Positions 27,830 to 40,964 of a stretch of DNA of 64,000 nucleotides are shown here, one piece after another. Position 1 is the stretch's first letter, and every line of letters starts with the position of its first letter. The DNA lies in the NCBI GenBank assembly GCA_951406725.2, contig OX597815.1:158782001-158846000 (forward strand), read 5' to 3'. The translations under genes and the position numbers were made by a program. The notes under the pieces are model-generated. The model was not told the origin of the DNA. It did not search any database and worked only from the letters and a program-made list of their open reading frames with translations. This stretch comes from Octopus vulgaris (taxonomy: Eukaryota).

Positions 27830-28040
27830 CTTTTATTCTTTTATTCTTTTACTTGTTTCAGTCATTTGACTGCGGCCATGCTGGAGCACCGCCTTTAGTC
27901 GAACAAATCTACCCCAGGACTTATTCTTTGTAAGCCTAGTACTCATTCTATCGGTTCTCTTTTGCTGAACCGCTAAGTTACGGGGACGTAAACACACCAA
28001 AATTGGTTGTCAAGTGATGGTGGGGGACAAACACAGACAG

Positions 28041-28071
<31 letters not shown>

Positions 28072-28236
28072 CGACGGTCTTCTTTCAGCTTACATCTACC
28101 AAATCCATTCTCAAGGCTTTGGTTGGCTTGAGGGCTATAGTAAAAGACACTTGCCCAAGGTGCCGCGCAGTGGGACTGAACCCAGAACCATGTGGTTGGT
28201 AAGCAAGCTTCTTACCGCATAGCCACGCCAGCGCCT
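27830..28236 (-). mobile_element. Full-length family A SINE
   Basis: Complete head-to-tail reverse match with a (TTTTATTC)n tail. Confidence 0.85.
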
Positions 28237-28300
28237 ATATAGAAGGGAAAGAAATTTATAAAATATGCGCGTGCGAGGGGAGAGAGCGAGAGAGCGAGAG

Positions 28301-28358
<58 letters not shown>

Positions 28359-28639
28359 CAAAAAGAAAAAGAAAGGAGGAAAGAAAGGAAGAGAAAGAGA
28401 CAGACAGAAAGCAATACCTACCTACCTACCTACCTACATACATACATGCATGCATACATACATACATACATACATACATGCATACATACATACATACATA
28501 CATACATACATACATACATACATACATACATACATACATACATACATACATACATGCATGCACGCATGTTGCGTATTCGGCGTGGGAGACTTTCGAAAAT
28601 ACGATGAATACTTTCTCCAACTTTGGAGCCGCAACTACC

Positions 28640-30245
28640 ATTCCTGTTAAATAACTGATTAATCTTCAGATGAATTAACTTCAGATGAATTTTATTCATG
28701 ATCGTAGTGATTTCCGGCTGAAACTTGAATCGATCATGCAGAGAGTTACTACAATCAACATGGCTGGGCACAACATCAACAACGCAACCGAGGACCAAAA
28801 CGAAAACAACAGCTCAACAAGTAAACCGATTCTTTCTAGCTGTAGTTATAGAAGAAACCGTAATTACAAAACTCATTTCTCTCAGAGTGATGAATTGAAT
28901 ATTGAGCAGCATTCTTTGTCTGATAACCTTAAATACATGCTCAAAGAAGTCGCACGACTCTACTGCAACATAAAAAGACCCCCCTTCGGTCATGAATGAC
29001 CATGGGATTGCACCTAGAAAGTTACCCTCCTAGACACAAGTCCGGGCAAGGTTGTTTATGGAAGACCAGCAGTCGCCCATGCATACCAGCCTCCCTCTCC
29101 ACACCACCAGTGTTATCCAAGGGAAAGACAAAGGTCGATACAGCTTGGCACCAGCGACGTCGCAACTCATTTCTACAGCTGAGTGAACTGGAGCAACGTG
29201 AAATAAAGTGCCTTGCTCAAGAACACAACACGCAGCAACACTGCAACATATCATCAGATGAATGGATGAGCCTATATGAGCAGAAGTCTATGCATGTATA
29301 TGTTAGTAGAAAGCTCCGAGATGATAGTAACATTGATCATCAAAGCAGTCTATCATGGATCAACCACCGGATAACTACCTCCCACTTTGAAGGGTATGCG
29401 TTTGCAATCCAGGAACAGGAAATATCAATCAAATACCAGATATGCAAAAGGACAGAGACGCAGGAAAAGCAGTAAAATGAGATAACCGATGCAGACTTTG
29501 TGGAGTTAACACAGAAGATATCACCCACATCATAGACAGTTGTCCGAAAATGTCATCATGGTATTATCTACTGATGAAAAATGATGTAACCCTGAGGACA
29601 AAGAAATAAGAAGCCACAGTATGGTGGAAGCCAAAGCCACTCGTAATAAAAATGAGTACTGGTGGAATGTCCCAGTGAAAACTTTAAAAAAACGCATACA
29701 CAATAGACCTGATATAATGATTTGGGGTAGAGAAGAGAAATTGTTGTGGAAGAGTTGTGGAAATCAGCTGCCCAGCGGATATTAACATAAAGCTGAAGAT
29801 TAGTGAAAAAGAGAATACCTTCGCTGAACTATTGAGAAATCTGCAGTTACTGTATCCCGATTACAAGTTCAGGTTTATATCTTATTATTGGGGCACTAGG
29901 ATATGTAACAGAATACTTAAATACAAATCTTGAGAAATTAGGCTTCTCAAAACCAGAAAGGAGAAAGCTGATTCGAAGACTACAGATCCAAGCCGTCACT
30001 GGAACTGTAAATATCTGTAAAACTTTCCAGAAGTTTATCATTTAAATATGTATGAGCATGTCTAGATATGCAAGTATATGCACAAGAAGACATGCATAAA
30101 ACAAAACATACAAATCTGCACATATACATACATACAAATATACCCTGTTGTTGATGTTGAAATTCCAATGAAAGAGCTTTGGATCTAGGTTAGAAACCGG
30201 CTCTTTCTCTATAGGCATAAAATCTTGAAATAAAACTGAATAATG
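28640..30245 (+). mobile_element. Decayed RLE-type (R4/Dong/NeSL-like) non-LTR retrotransposon, internally deleted
   Basis: FAIQEQ; CRLCG...EDITHIIDSCP zinc motif; NRPDIMIW...EISCP restriction-like endonuclease; IIGALG. Flanked by (TACA)n. Confidence 0.75.
28973..29239 (-). mobile_element. 5'-truncated SINE (family C-related) inserted in the LINE, 11-bp TSD
   Basis: Shares CTGGAGCAACGTGAAATAAAGTG.CTTGCTCAAG with family C; ACTGCAACATA at 28962-28972 and 29240-29250. Confidence 0.7.
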
Positions 30246-30702
30246 ATATACATACATAAAGAGAGAAAGAGAGGGAGGTGGGAAAAGAGATGGAAAAAAG
30301 GGAGAGATTTAATGAGAGGCGCCTTTATATACCCAAATTCCATGAATATAAAGCTCATTAAAATCAACATTAGTTTAATTAATACCGACGCGTGTTATTA
30401 ATTTCAGCTTCCAGTATAATATTGCCATTCTTTAAATATTGAAATTGTAATATATATAACTTCATTTAGACTTATTTTTTAAATTTGATATTGAAAACTT
30501 AATGTTGAGAGCTTTAGGGAGCTTATGATCGAAACACCACACCCTCGAGTGCCTAGTGGGAGGGCGATGCAACACCAAGGTGTAGTGCATGAGGCTGAGG
30601 TGGTGACCGGCACTGGCGACAGTAGAGGCAGCGTTGGTAGCAACAGTAGCAACGGCACCACACTGCTCCCGCCAATAATGACAACAGAAACTATAAATGC
30701 AA

Positions 30703-30933
30703 GGCGGCGAGCTGGCAGAAACTTTAGCACGCCGGGCGAAATGCTTAGCAGTATTTCGTCTGTCTTTATGTTCTGAGTTCAAATTCCGTCGAGGTCGACT
30801 TTGCCTTTCATCCCTTCGGGGTCGATAAATTAAGTACCAGTTACGCACTGGGGTCGATGTAATTGACTTAATCTTTTTGTCTGTCCTTGTTTGTCCCCTC
30901 TCTGTATAGCCCCTTGTGGGCAATAAAGAAATA
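30703..30933 (+). mobile_element. Full-length family B SINE with 17-bp TSD
   Basis: GGCGGCGAGCTGGC...GAGTTCAAATTCC (box B-like)...CAATAAAGAAATA; AGAAACTATAAATGCAA at 30686-30702 and 30934-30950. Confidence 0.9.
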
Positions 30934-31269
30934 AGAAACTATAAATGCAACGGCGGCGGCGGTGGCAGTTCCACCAGCAGCGCATCAAGTAGCAGCGGCA
31001 GAAAAAACAACAGCAGCTCCAGCATCGCGTCCAGCAATAGAAGCAGCAACGGCAGGGATACATGGAGAAGCACTAAAAACGGGTCTGGCAGTGACAGCAG
31101 CTGCGGCAGTGATGACAGCAACAGCAGTTGTAGCACCACCAGCAGAAGGGCTGGAAATATGTCAGATCTACAGACATCCCTTAACAATCGTCTTAACAAT
31201 CATCGTCTTAACAATCATCTTCTTAACAATCAGAGATCCTCCTTTAGGTTACCAAAGGGGTGCAAAATC

Positions 31270-31575
31270 ACGCCTCTGGTCAGCTACGTATGGCGTTTAA
31301 AAGAGGATAATTTTCTCCCGTTGAGGTACGGCCCCGGTTGTTCTAGTGACCCCCATTACACCATGCATAATTAAATGGGGGTCACTAGAACAATCGGGGC
31401 CGTACCTCAATGGGAGAAAACCATGTAAACTTTGCTGGGACAAAAGAGCAAGACTCCTGAAAAGCTCACTTGGTCCAGGGACTTTTTTAAATTCCAAAAA
31501 AGAGATGTTTAGTCAGTGCCTTCATCGAACGAAATTCGTGTTCGAAACATTGAATTCCTTGTTTGCCGCCAAGTG
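31270..31575 (+). pseudogene. Penelope-like GIY-YIG C-terminal fragment
   Basis: LVSYVWRLKE...IKWGSLEQSGPYLNGRKPCKLCWDK...LNSKKEMFSQCLHRTKF fits the PLE endonuclease C-terminus (W..K...I.W...Y.....C.LC..EK...LN...E....C.H..K). Confidence 0.7.
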
Positions 31576-31847
31576 AAATGCTGCCTCCTTCAGCTATCTT
31601 CGGCAGGCGTGTCGTGGACATGACTGGAAGGGGTTAACTCCGCCTCGCCCAAGATTTTGCCAGTAGAGTTTCGTTCCGGAATATTTTGTTTGCAAAATTA
31701 ACTGACCGTGATGTTTTCCGCCCTCCAATTGTAGAAAGGTTATGTACCTCCGGCCAAATGTATCTAACGGGTAACTTGTTCAGCTAAGTGCTTTATGGGC
31801 GCGAAATGAATGGTCACTCTGATCGGCCATAACAAGCAACCTTCTAA

Positions 31848-31879
<32 letters not shown>

Positions 31880-31900
31880 AAACATATACATACGTATATA

Positions 31901-31939
<39 letters not shown>

Positions 31940-31941
31940 CC

Positions 31942-31982
<41 letters not shown>

Positions 31983-31983
31983 C

Positions 31984-32015
<32 letters not shown>

Positions 32016-32295
32016 GCATACATCCATATATATATATACGTATATATATATATGCATACATCCATATATATATATATACGTATATATATGTATATATATA
32101 CGTATGTATGTATATATATATATATATACATATATACATGCATACATCCATATATATACGTATGTATATATATGTATATACATTCCTTCTTCCCTTCTTT
32201 CCTGAGCGTCCAATAATACTTTATTTGTTCCACATCCTTGCGTTGTTGTCTTTTTGTTTTCTTGTTTGGATTAACTTTATATATATATATATATA

Positions 32296-35260
32296 AAATT
32301 TGTTTGCTTGTTATCAGTCGTAAGACACTGTTGTTTTCACCGTTAATGCTTCTGTATTTCATGTTTCTGTATTCCATTATTGTTTTTTTTTTTTTTTTTT
32401 TTTTTTTTTATATCTGTCCCTTTTGCTGTCCTGGTGTTCGTATGCATTCGATCCTTCTTCCAGGAAATCTACGCTTCCAGCTTAGTTTTTCTAATGCTCG
32501 TTGCTTGGTTTTTCTTGGAGGGCTGGCCGTGATCTAGTAATCTCAAGATTAATCAGCCGAAATTACTACGATGATCCGGTTCTTGACTGAAGACTGAGGG
32601 TTTCGAATGTCCTGTCCGTGTTTATTGTGTCGTCTTCTAAGAGTTATACGTTCTTGTCCATGTTGTATTTTTCTACATACCTTAACATATATTCCAGGCG
32701 CCCCGTACCCCCCTTAACATTTATGTGAGCACATATTCTTAATAATTGGTACGACTCTCTGTTTGTCTCTCTCTCTCTCTCATTTTTACTTGATCTGTCC
32801 CCCTCTCTCTCTTTTCTCTCTACTCATCCTCTTTTTCTCTTCTCTTTCCTCTGATTCTTTGGTCTAGTCTTCCACTACCCTCCTATTTCTTTGTCTCGCT
32901 CTGCACTCACAGGTCATTCTTCGACACCCATCCCTTCTCTCTGATTCCTTCTTTCTCTCTCTTCTCTCTCTTTGTTGCGTTTGTCCCTCCTCTCTCTCTC
33001 TCTCTCTCTCTCTCTTCCTTTGCTTCTCTTTCTTTTCTTTTCCCTCTTCTCTGTCACGTGACTGTTGGCCGAAATCTGCCTTTCAGTTCCTGACCCTCGT
33101 CTTGTTAACATCGCTGTTTTCGTCCGCCACTATAAAGGCTTTTTCCATTGCGCCAGAGAAAAAATTTGTTTGCTTGTTATCAGTCGTAAGACACTGTTGT
33201 TTTCACCGTTAATGCTTCTGTATTTCATGTTTCTGTATTCCATTATTGTTTTTTGTTTTTTTTTTTTATATCTGTCCCTTTTGCTGTCCTGGTGTTCGTA
33301 TGCATTCGATCCTTCTTCCAGGAAATCTACGCTTCCAGCTTAGTTTTTCTAATGCTCGTTGCTTGGTTTTTCTTGGAGGGCTGGCCGTGATCTAGTAATC
33401 TCAAGATTAATCAGCCGAAATTACTACGATGATCCGGTTCTTGACTGAAGACTGAGGGTTTCGAATGTCCTGTCCGTGTTTATTGTGTCGTCTTCTAAGA
33501 GTTATACGTTCTTGTCCATGTTGTATTTTTCTACATACCTTAACATATATTCCAGGCGCCCCGTACCCCCCTTAACATTTATGTGAGCACATATTCTTAA
33601 TAATTGGTACGACTCTCTGTTTGTCTCTCTCTCTCTCTCATTTTTACTTGATCTGTCCCCCTCTCTCTCTTTTCTCTCTACTCATCCTCTTTTTCTCTTC
33701 TCTTTCCTCTGATTCTTTGGTCTAGTCTTCCACTACCCTCCTATTTCTTTGTCTCGCTCTGCACTCACAGGTCATTCTTCGACACCCATCCCTTCTCTCT
33801 GATTCCTTCTTTCTCTCTCTTCTCTCTCTTTGTTGCGTTTGTCCCTCCTCTCTCTCTCTCCTCTCTCTCTCTCTTCCTTTGCTTCTCTTTCTTTTCTTTT
33901 CCCTCTTCTCTGTCACGTGACTGTTGGCCGAAATCTGCCTTTCAGTTCCTGACCCTCGTCTTGTTAACATCGCTGTTTTCGTCCGCCACTATAAAGGCTT
34001 TTTCCATTGCGCCAGAGAAAAAATTTGTTTGCTTGTTATCAGTCGTAAGACACTGTTGTTTTCACCGTTAATGCTTCTGTATTTCATGTTTCTGTATTCC
34101 ATTATTGTTTTTTGTTTTTTTTTTTTTTATATCTGTCCCTTTTGCTGTCCTGGTGTTCGTATGCATTCGATCCTTCTTCCAGGAAATCTACGCTTCCAGC
34201 TTAGTTTTTCTAATGCTCGTTGCTTGGTTTTTCTTGGAGGGCTGGCCGTGATCTAGTAATCTCAAGATTAATCAGCCGAAATTACTACGATGATCCGGTT
34301 CTTGACTGAAGACTGAGGGTTTCGAATGTCCTGTCCGTGTTTATTGTGTCGTCTTCTAAGAGTTATACGTTCTTGTCCATGTTGTATTTTTCTACATACC
34401 TTAACATATATTCCAGGCGCCCCGTACCCCCCTTAACATTTATGTGAGCACATATTCTTAATAATTGGTACGACTCTCTGTTTGTCTCTCTCTCTCTCTC
34501 ATTTTTACTTGATCTGTCCCCCTCTCTCTCTTTTCTCTCTACTCATCCTCTTTTTCTCTTCTCTTTCCTCTGATTCTTTGGTCTAGTCTTCCACTACCCT
34601 CCTATTTCTTTGTCTCGCTCTGCACTCACAGGTCATTCTTCGACACCCATCCCTTCTCTCTGATTCCTTCTTTCTCTCTCTTCTCTCTCTTTGTTGCGTT
34701 TGTCCCTCCTCTCTCTCTCTCCTCTCTCTCTCTCTTCCTTTGCTTCTCTTTCTTTTCTTTTCCCTCTTCTCTGTCACGTGACTGTTGGCCGAAATCTGCC
34801 TTTCAGTTCCTGACCCTCGTCTTGTTAACATCGCTGTTTTCGTCCGCCACTATAAAGGCTTTTTCCATTGCGCCAGAGAAAAAATTTGTTTGCTTGTTAT
34901 CAGTCGTAAGACACTGTTGTTTTCACCGTTAATGCTTCTGTATTTCATGTTTCTGTATTCCATTATTGTTTTTTTTTTTTTTTTTTTTATATCTGTCCCT
35001 TTTGCTGTCCTGGTGTTCGTATGCATTCGATCCTTCTTCCAGGAAATCTACGCTTCCAGCTTAGTTTTTCTAATGCTCGTTGCTTGGTTTTTCTTGGAGG
35101 GCTGGCCGTGATCTAGTAATCTCAAGATTAATCAGCCGAAATTACTACGATGATCCGGTTCTTGACTGAAGACTGAGGGTTTCGAATGTCCTGTCCGTGT
35201 TTATTGTGTCGTCTTCTAAGAGTTATACGTTCTTGTCCATGTTGTATTTTTCTACATACC

Positions 35261-35265
<5 letters not shown>
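32296..35265. repeat. ~860-bp tandem repeat, ~3.4 near-identical copies, pyrimidine-rich (possibly PLE terminal-repeat derived)
   Basis: Units start AAATTTGTTTGCTTG at ~32296, 33162, 34021 and 34883 and differ mainly in poly-T/CT runs. One segment has a dispersed inverted relative at 15155-15262. Confidence 0.9.
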
Positions 35266-35312
<47 letters not shown>

Positions 35313-36804
35313 TCAGAACTAGAGAAGTTTCAGTTGTGGAAGCAAGGACTAGAATCGAAGGGCCTTAGAGTCAACCAAGCTAAAACCAAAGTCTTAATAA
35401 GTAGGCAGGCAGACAAATCACAAATCCCTTCAGGTAGATGGCCATGCTGGATCTGTAGATAAGGCGTAGGTAGAAACTCTATAAGATGTACCCAGTGTAA
35501 GCTATGGACACATAAGTGGTGCAGCAATACCAAAGGAAAGCTAACTGGGAAGATAGTTATTGTATGTGGCAGATACCCAGGAGCAATAAACACTGAAAAT
35601 GTGCAGAGAACAACTTCTGCCACATTCCAGGGAGAAAAACTACAAGTAGTTGATAGCTTCCGTTACCTAGGTAACCAAGTCAGTTGCGTGGGTGGGTGCT
35701 CTGAAAGTGTAGCTGCTAGAATAAGAATAGCCTGGGCAAAGTTCAGAGAGCTCCTACCTCTGCTGGTGACAAATGGCCTCTCCCTCAGAGTAAAAGGTTG
35801 ACTGCATGATGCATGTGTACGAACAGCCATGCTATATGGCAGTGAAACATGAGCCTGCAAGGAATGAAGCCAGTATGTTCCGCTGGATGTATAATGTCAG
35901 TGTGCTTACACGACAGAGTGTTGGTGCCTTGAGAGAAAAGTTAGACCTAAGAAGCATCAGATGTGGTGTGCAAGAGAGATGACTGCGCTGGTATGGTTAT
36001 GTGGTGAAAACAGATGAGGGTAGCTGTGTGGAAAAGTGTCTCACCCTAGCGGTTGAGAGAACCTGTGAAAGCGGTAGACCCAGGAAGACCTGGGATGAAG
36101 TGGTGAAGCATGACCTTCAAATATTAGGCCTCACCGAGGCAATGACTCGTGACCGAGACCTTTAGAAAGAAGCTGTGTTTGAGAAGACCCAGCAAGCGCA
36201 AGTGAGACCATAACCCGTAACCTATGCCAGTGATGTAACCAGACCACTTATGCGTACCTTTCTTTCATTGGACACTAAACTCTCCTAGCGAAGACCTGTT
36301 GTGGCAAGTGAAATCGAAATTAAATTCGCTGACATGGCCGATGACAGCGCCGCCTCGCTGGTTCGTGCTAGTGGAAATCTAAGAGCACTATTCGAGCGTG
36401 ATCGGTGCCAGGGCCGCTGACTGGCTCCCGTGCCAGCGGCACGTAAAAAGCACCATTCGTGCGTGATCGTTATCATCGTCGCCTTACTGGCACGTAAAAA
36501 ACAACGTTCGAGCGAGGTCGTTGCCAGTGCCGCTGGACTGGCTCCTGTGCAGGTGGCACGTAAAAAACACCACTTGAGTGCGGCTGTTGCCAGTACTGCC
36601 TGACTGTCCCTCGTGCCGGTGGCACGTAAAAGTACATACTACACTCTCGGAGTGGTTGGCGTTAGGAAGCGCATCCAGCTGTAGAAACTCTGCCAGATCA
36701 GATTGGAGCCTGGTGCAGCCATCTGGCTCGCTAGTCCTCAGTCAAACCGTCCTACCCATGCTAGCATGGAAAGCGGACGTTAAACGATGAAAATGATGAT
36801 GATG

Positions 36805-36805
<1 letters not shown>
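35313..36805 (+). mobile_element. 5'-truncated decayed RTE-clade LINE with repeat-containing 3' region
   Basis: WKQGLESKGLRVNQAKTKV, Cys-rich insert PCWIC...IRCTQCKLWTHKWC, VVDSFRYLG, ARIRIAWAKF, GRPRKTW. Tandem GGCACGTAAAA units at 36430-36635; (GAT)n tail. Confidence 0.85.
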
Positions 36806-36842
<37 letters not shown>

Positions 36843-36869
36843 CATATATATATATACATACATACATAT

Positions 36870-36934
<65 letters not shown>

Positions 36935-37619
36935 CATACATATATAATATTAATTCGAGACAAAACCACTATTTTGCAAAACATACATATATATATACAT
37001 ATATACATATGTGAAAATGGTGCATTACGAGTGAATTGAATTTTCGTGGTAGTGGCTTTGATAAATTAACTGCAAAATAATGCAAAATATGATAATGCAT
37101 AGTAAAGGAGACACAATTCTCCTAATCAGGCACTTTACAAGATTCGCGATGTTGTTAGATATGAAACCTATCATGTATCCAAATTAGGAAACATTTTTAA
37201 CAATTTCGAACACACCACCAACAATTATGATTATATAATCGATATTTTAGAAGTATAACAAAACAAGAAAATATTTCTTATAAAGACTTCATTGAACACG
37301 AAGCTAATGTAACCAGAAATATCTTGTCCATTTTATATATATTCAACTGATTTTTATCTTATGTAATATATATTAAACAGATTTAATCTGTTGAGAGCCA
37401 GTGAACGTTTCCATAGAGCTAAAAGAGAGAAAATTGTTTGTTTTGTTTTGTTTCGATAGATGGAAATATATGGATCACCATAGGATTCTAGATGATTTAC
37501 GTCAAGAAAGTATGGTTTGTGTGCATATTATCATTTGCGCGGTCCTGAAAAAGAAATCGTGAAATTTTGATAAGGATTATAAAGTATCTCTTTCTTGAAA
37601 TAGAAGTATCAAAATAACC

Positions 37620-37664
<45 letters not shown>

Positions 37665-38149
37665 GCACACACACACACAAACACACACACACACACATGC
37701 GCGCACGCACATCAATTTTATCTAATACTACTTTCAGATTGAAACTACTGGCTTAAATATATGAGGCAATGTGATGCATAGCATTTATGTAAGATACTCT
37801 AGAGGAATGTTCTCTGTTAAATATCTTTTAAATTATAGATTCTTTCAAACGTAAATAGACATCCATAATTTAAAAGGAGAAAAATGTTTAAAATGTTTCC
37901 AAATCTGTTGCTGAAATCATAATTCTGACTTTATTTTTAAACAAAGATTAGTTTATAAAATATATCTTACAGAAACGTCAGTCTCAGCGTTAATAGTATA
38001 AAAGTATATATCAAATTTCTATCGAATCTCGAATTTTATTTGTTTTTCAGCGTTATATACTTCGTGGTTATCTCCATTGCCTGATTTAACATGGAATTTT
38101 ACTGAGATTAGGCTTAACACGTCTCCCATTTTGATACCATTATCTGATA

Positions 38150-39700
38150 ATTGAAAGTATTTAGTAGACACCTCACTGACGCAAACATTCGTGTGGTTTC
38201 TTGATTGCGACCGAACCTGGTCCTACGTAGAACAGAATCCCCATCAGTGAATAAAGTAATAAGTCACACGTATTTTGGTGTTGTCTTTTCCACAGTGCAG
38301 ATTTTGGAAACCTCTACCGGCTACAATTGACTTCCAGATGGGATATTTGGGGAAATCAACGCATTGATTAGTAGTAACCCACAAGTAACCCGCTCTTCCT
38401 TCACCAGAAAAAAATCCATAATAAAATTATAGAAACAGTTAAACTGCAATAGGGATCTATCCACGGGATATTTATTTTCCTTCTAATACCAACATCCACG
38501 GACACTGGCACCTAACTCCTACCTCCTATTAAAACTTAAACCACTCATTTTATTTTCTATCATCAACTCATCATTGCAGACCATAATCCACTACTTTCTG
38601 TATCATAACGTCTGTGCTAAGATAGCCTCAACTCTCTTCACTAACCTGGATATCGGTCTCGCTTCCTCGTACATCTAACTTTATTTGTTGTCCCCATTAT
38701 TTTCCCAGTTCCCAGCCACCTCAATTTACATCTCTATGAAGTCGCTGTATTCTGTGACTGCAATACACGCAACCGTTTTGACTCTCATACTCATTCAACA
38801 AATTACGTTATTGGTGCCAGGTTGAAACCGCTAAGTATTCTGGACTGTGTGCATTAGTTAATATCCACATCTTTCTCTGTCTCTATCGCACAAATTCACG
38901 AAATATCCTGAACTTGTATCCCATTTCCAAACTCAGCTATTGCACCTCCATATCTTTTTATCTACTCATCAGATGCTCTAACCACTCCTTAGTCAAGGTA
39001 ATATACTTAAAATCTTAATTCACATTACAAATCAACCCTTGAATACGTTAGTAGTTGAATTCATCAATCGGTCAAGGTTTCACAGCTCAGTGTGACTACT
39101 ACTAACAATACATGTGCTTTTCCCCGCTTCCTTTGTAACAGCACACCTACCTATCTAAACTATTCTCTTGGGTATGCCCCTCCATATCTCTGATACAAAG
39201 CTCATAACTCTAAGATTTCCAAACAGTTCGTTTATAACAGCAGTACACAGACTGCAACAAGTCCATTGCCAAGAGGGTGTCTTCCACCATTTCAGATTTC
39301 ATCAAGCAGTTACTGATTTTAAAAAAAAATCTGTTTTGCTTCCAACTTCTCGCTGCACAACACAATTTCTTCCCAAATTCATTTTTACTCACAACAACAC
39401 TTACTAAGTGTGGAATCTTTTTTATTTACTCCGATTCAACGAGGTGACTCACTGATTCTTTTCATCTATGGCCTCCCATCCTCACTTCCAACTTCTCAGA
39501 AAATGAAACATCGGTGAGAGCAAGATTTCTGGTTTTAATACCAACAAACCTTTCGTCTATATCCGGCATGAAAACATCAAAGCTAAATTTCCCTTCTATG
39601 GGTTCTCTCCTATTCTCATCTTTGGAGTCGAGAAATTCCTGTCACACAATTTCATTACGCATAATTCTGTCTTAGCTTGTGTTTATTATTATTATTATTA
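38150..39700 (-). mobile_element. Possible highly decayed LINE RT remnant
   Basis: Non-simple sequence with weak minus-strand remnants resembling ST.TN and VYLD in RT order; no intact motif. Confidence 0.3.
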
Positions 39701-40509
39701 TTTTTTTTTTTTTTGCGAGTAACTCACCAATAATCAAGCTGAATATCGACTGCATCAACTTCATTAAACTCGGAGAGACTTCAATCAAAGATCACGATCA
39801 CTTTCCCACTAACTAAAAGAAGAAAAAATAAAGAAAACGAAAACGATATTCTAATGAAAATAAATGAGGTATTTATATTCGTGAAAACCACAATCAGACA
39901 AAACAGTTGATTTTATTTGAATTATTTTATTTTCATTGTTGTTTGTTTATTTTATATCAACAGAATGGTTAGTTTACAGGATTTCAACGAGCCAATTACT
40001 GGTTCATTGCATTGCTTACAACGAAGGAGACCAAGGAATGCCTGTGACCGAACTTAATTCACAGAGAATACCAAAATCAGTTCAATAATTCTATTTCCAT
40101 GCTCATTAGCCCTTAGGGATTATTATATGTTCAGAAGAACCGGTTTCGAGTACAGGTGATATTTTCCGACCTCGACTCTGTTTTTATACCATCAGATCAA
40201 GTGACCCACAATCATTTAAATCTCGAATTAGATTGGAGCGCTGTCTCCTTGACTCCTAAATAGGGCTCCATCAAAGTACATATACATCAATGTAACCAGA
40301 ATCAGATAAAAAAAAATTTAATAATAATAACTTTTCCCTTTTTTCTTTTTTTTTCCGCATAACTTGACTTTGTAAATGAACAATCGGGTGTGCTTATTTT
40401 AATAGCCTATCAATGTATACAGTGAATTTCTTTGTTCTAGGTGTCGAGAAGACACTTGGCAAGAAATAGAAACAAAATTGAAAGAAAAGCTCATGATAAT
40501 AGTAATCCG

Positions 40510-40865
40510 TTCTACTATAGGCACAAGGCCTGGATTTTTTGGGAATGGGGATAGTCAATGACATCAACCCCAGTGCTCAACTGGTGCCTAACTTATCGAC
40601 CCCGAAAGACTGAAACGCAAAGCGAAATTTGAGCTCAGAACGTAGCGGCAGACGAAATACCTATTTCTTTACTACCCTCAAGGGGCTAAACGCAGAGAGG
40701 ACAAACAAGGACAGACAAACGGATTAAGTCGATTATATCGACCCCAGTGCGTAACTCGTACTTATTTAATCGACCCCGAAAGGATGAAAGGCAAAGTCTA
40801 CCTCGGCAGAATTTGAACTCAGAACGTAGCGGCAGACGAAATACCGCCAAGCATTTCACCCGGCA
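40510..40865 (-). mobile_element. SINE family B tandem dimer
   Basis: Same junction as at 9870 (GACGAAATACC|TATTTC). Confidence 0.8.
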
Positions 40866-40964
40866 TACTTATAATAATAATGATGATGATGGTGATGATG
40901 ATGGTAATGATGCTGATGCTGATGATGATGTTGAGGATGATGACGATGATGATGAAAGAAATGA

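Noticed and set aside
30703-30800. tRNA-like box A/B sequences
   Set aside because: These are SINE heads with tails and TSDs, not cloverleaf tRNA genes.
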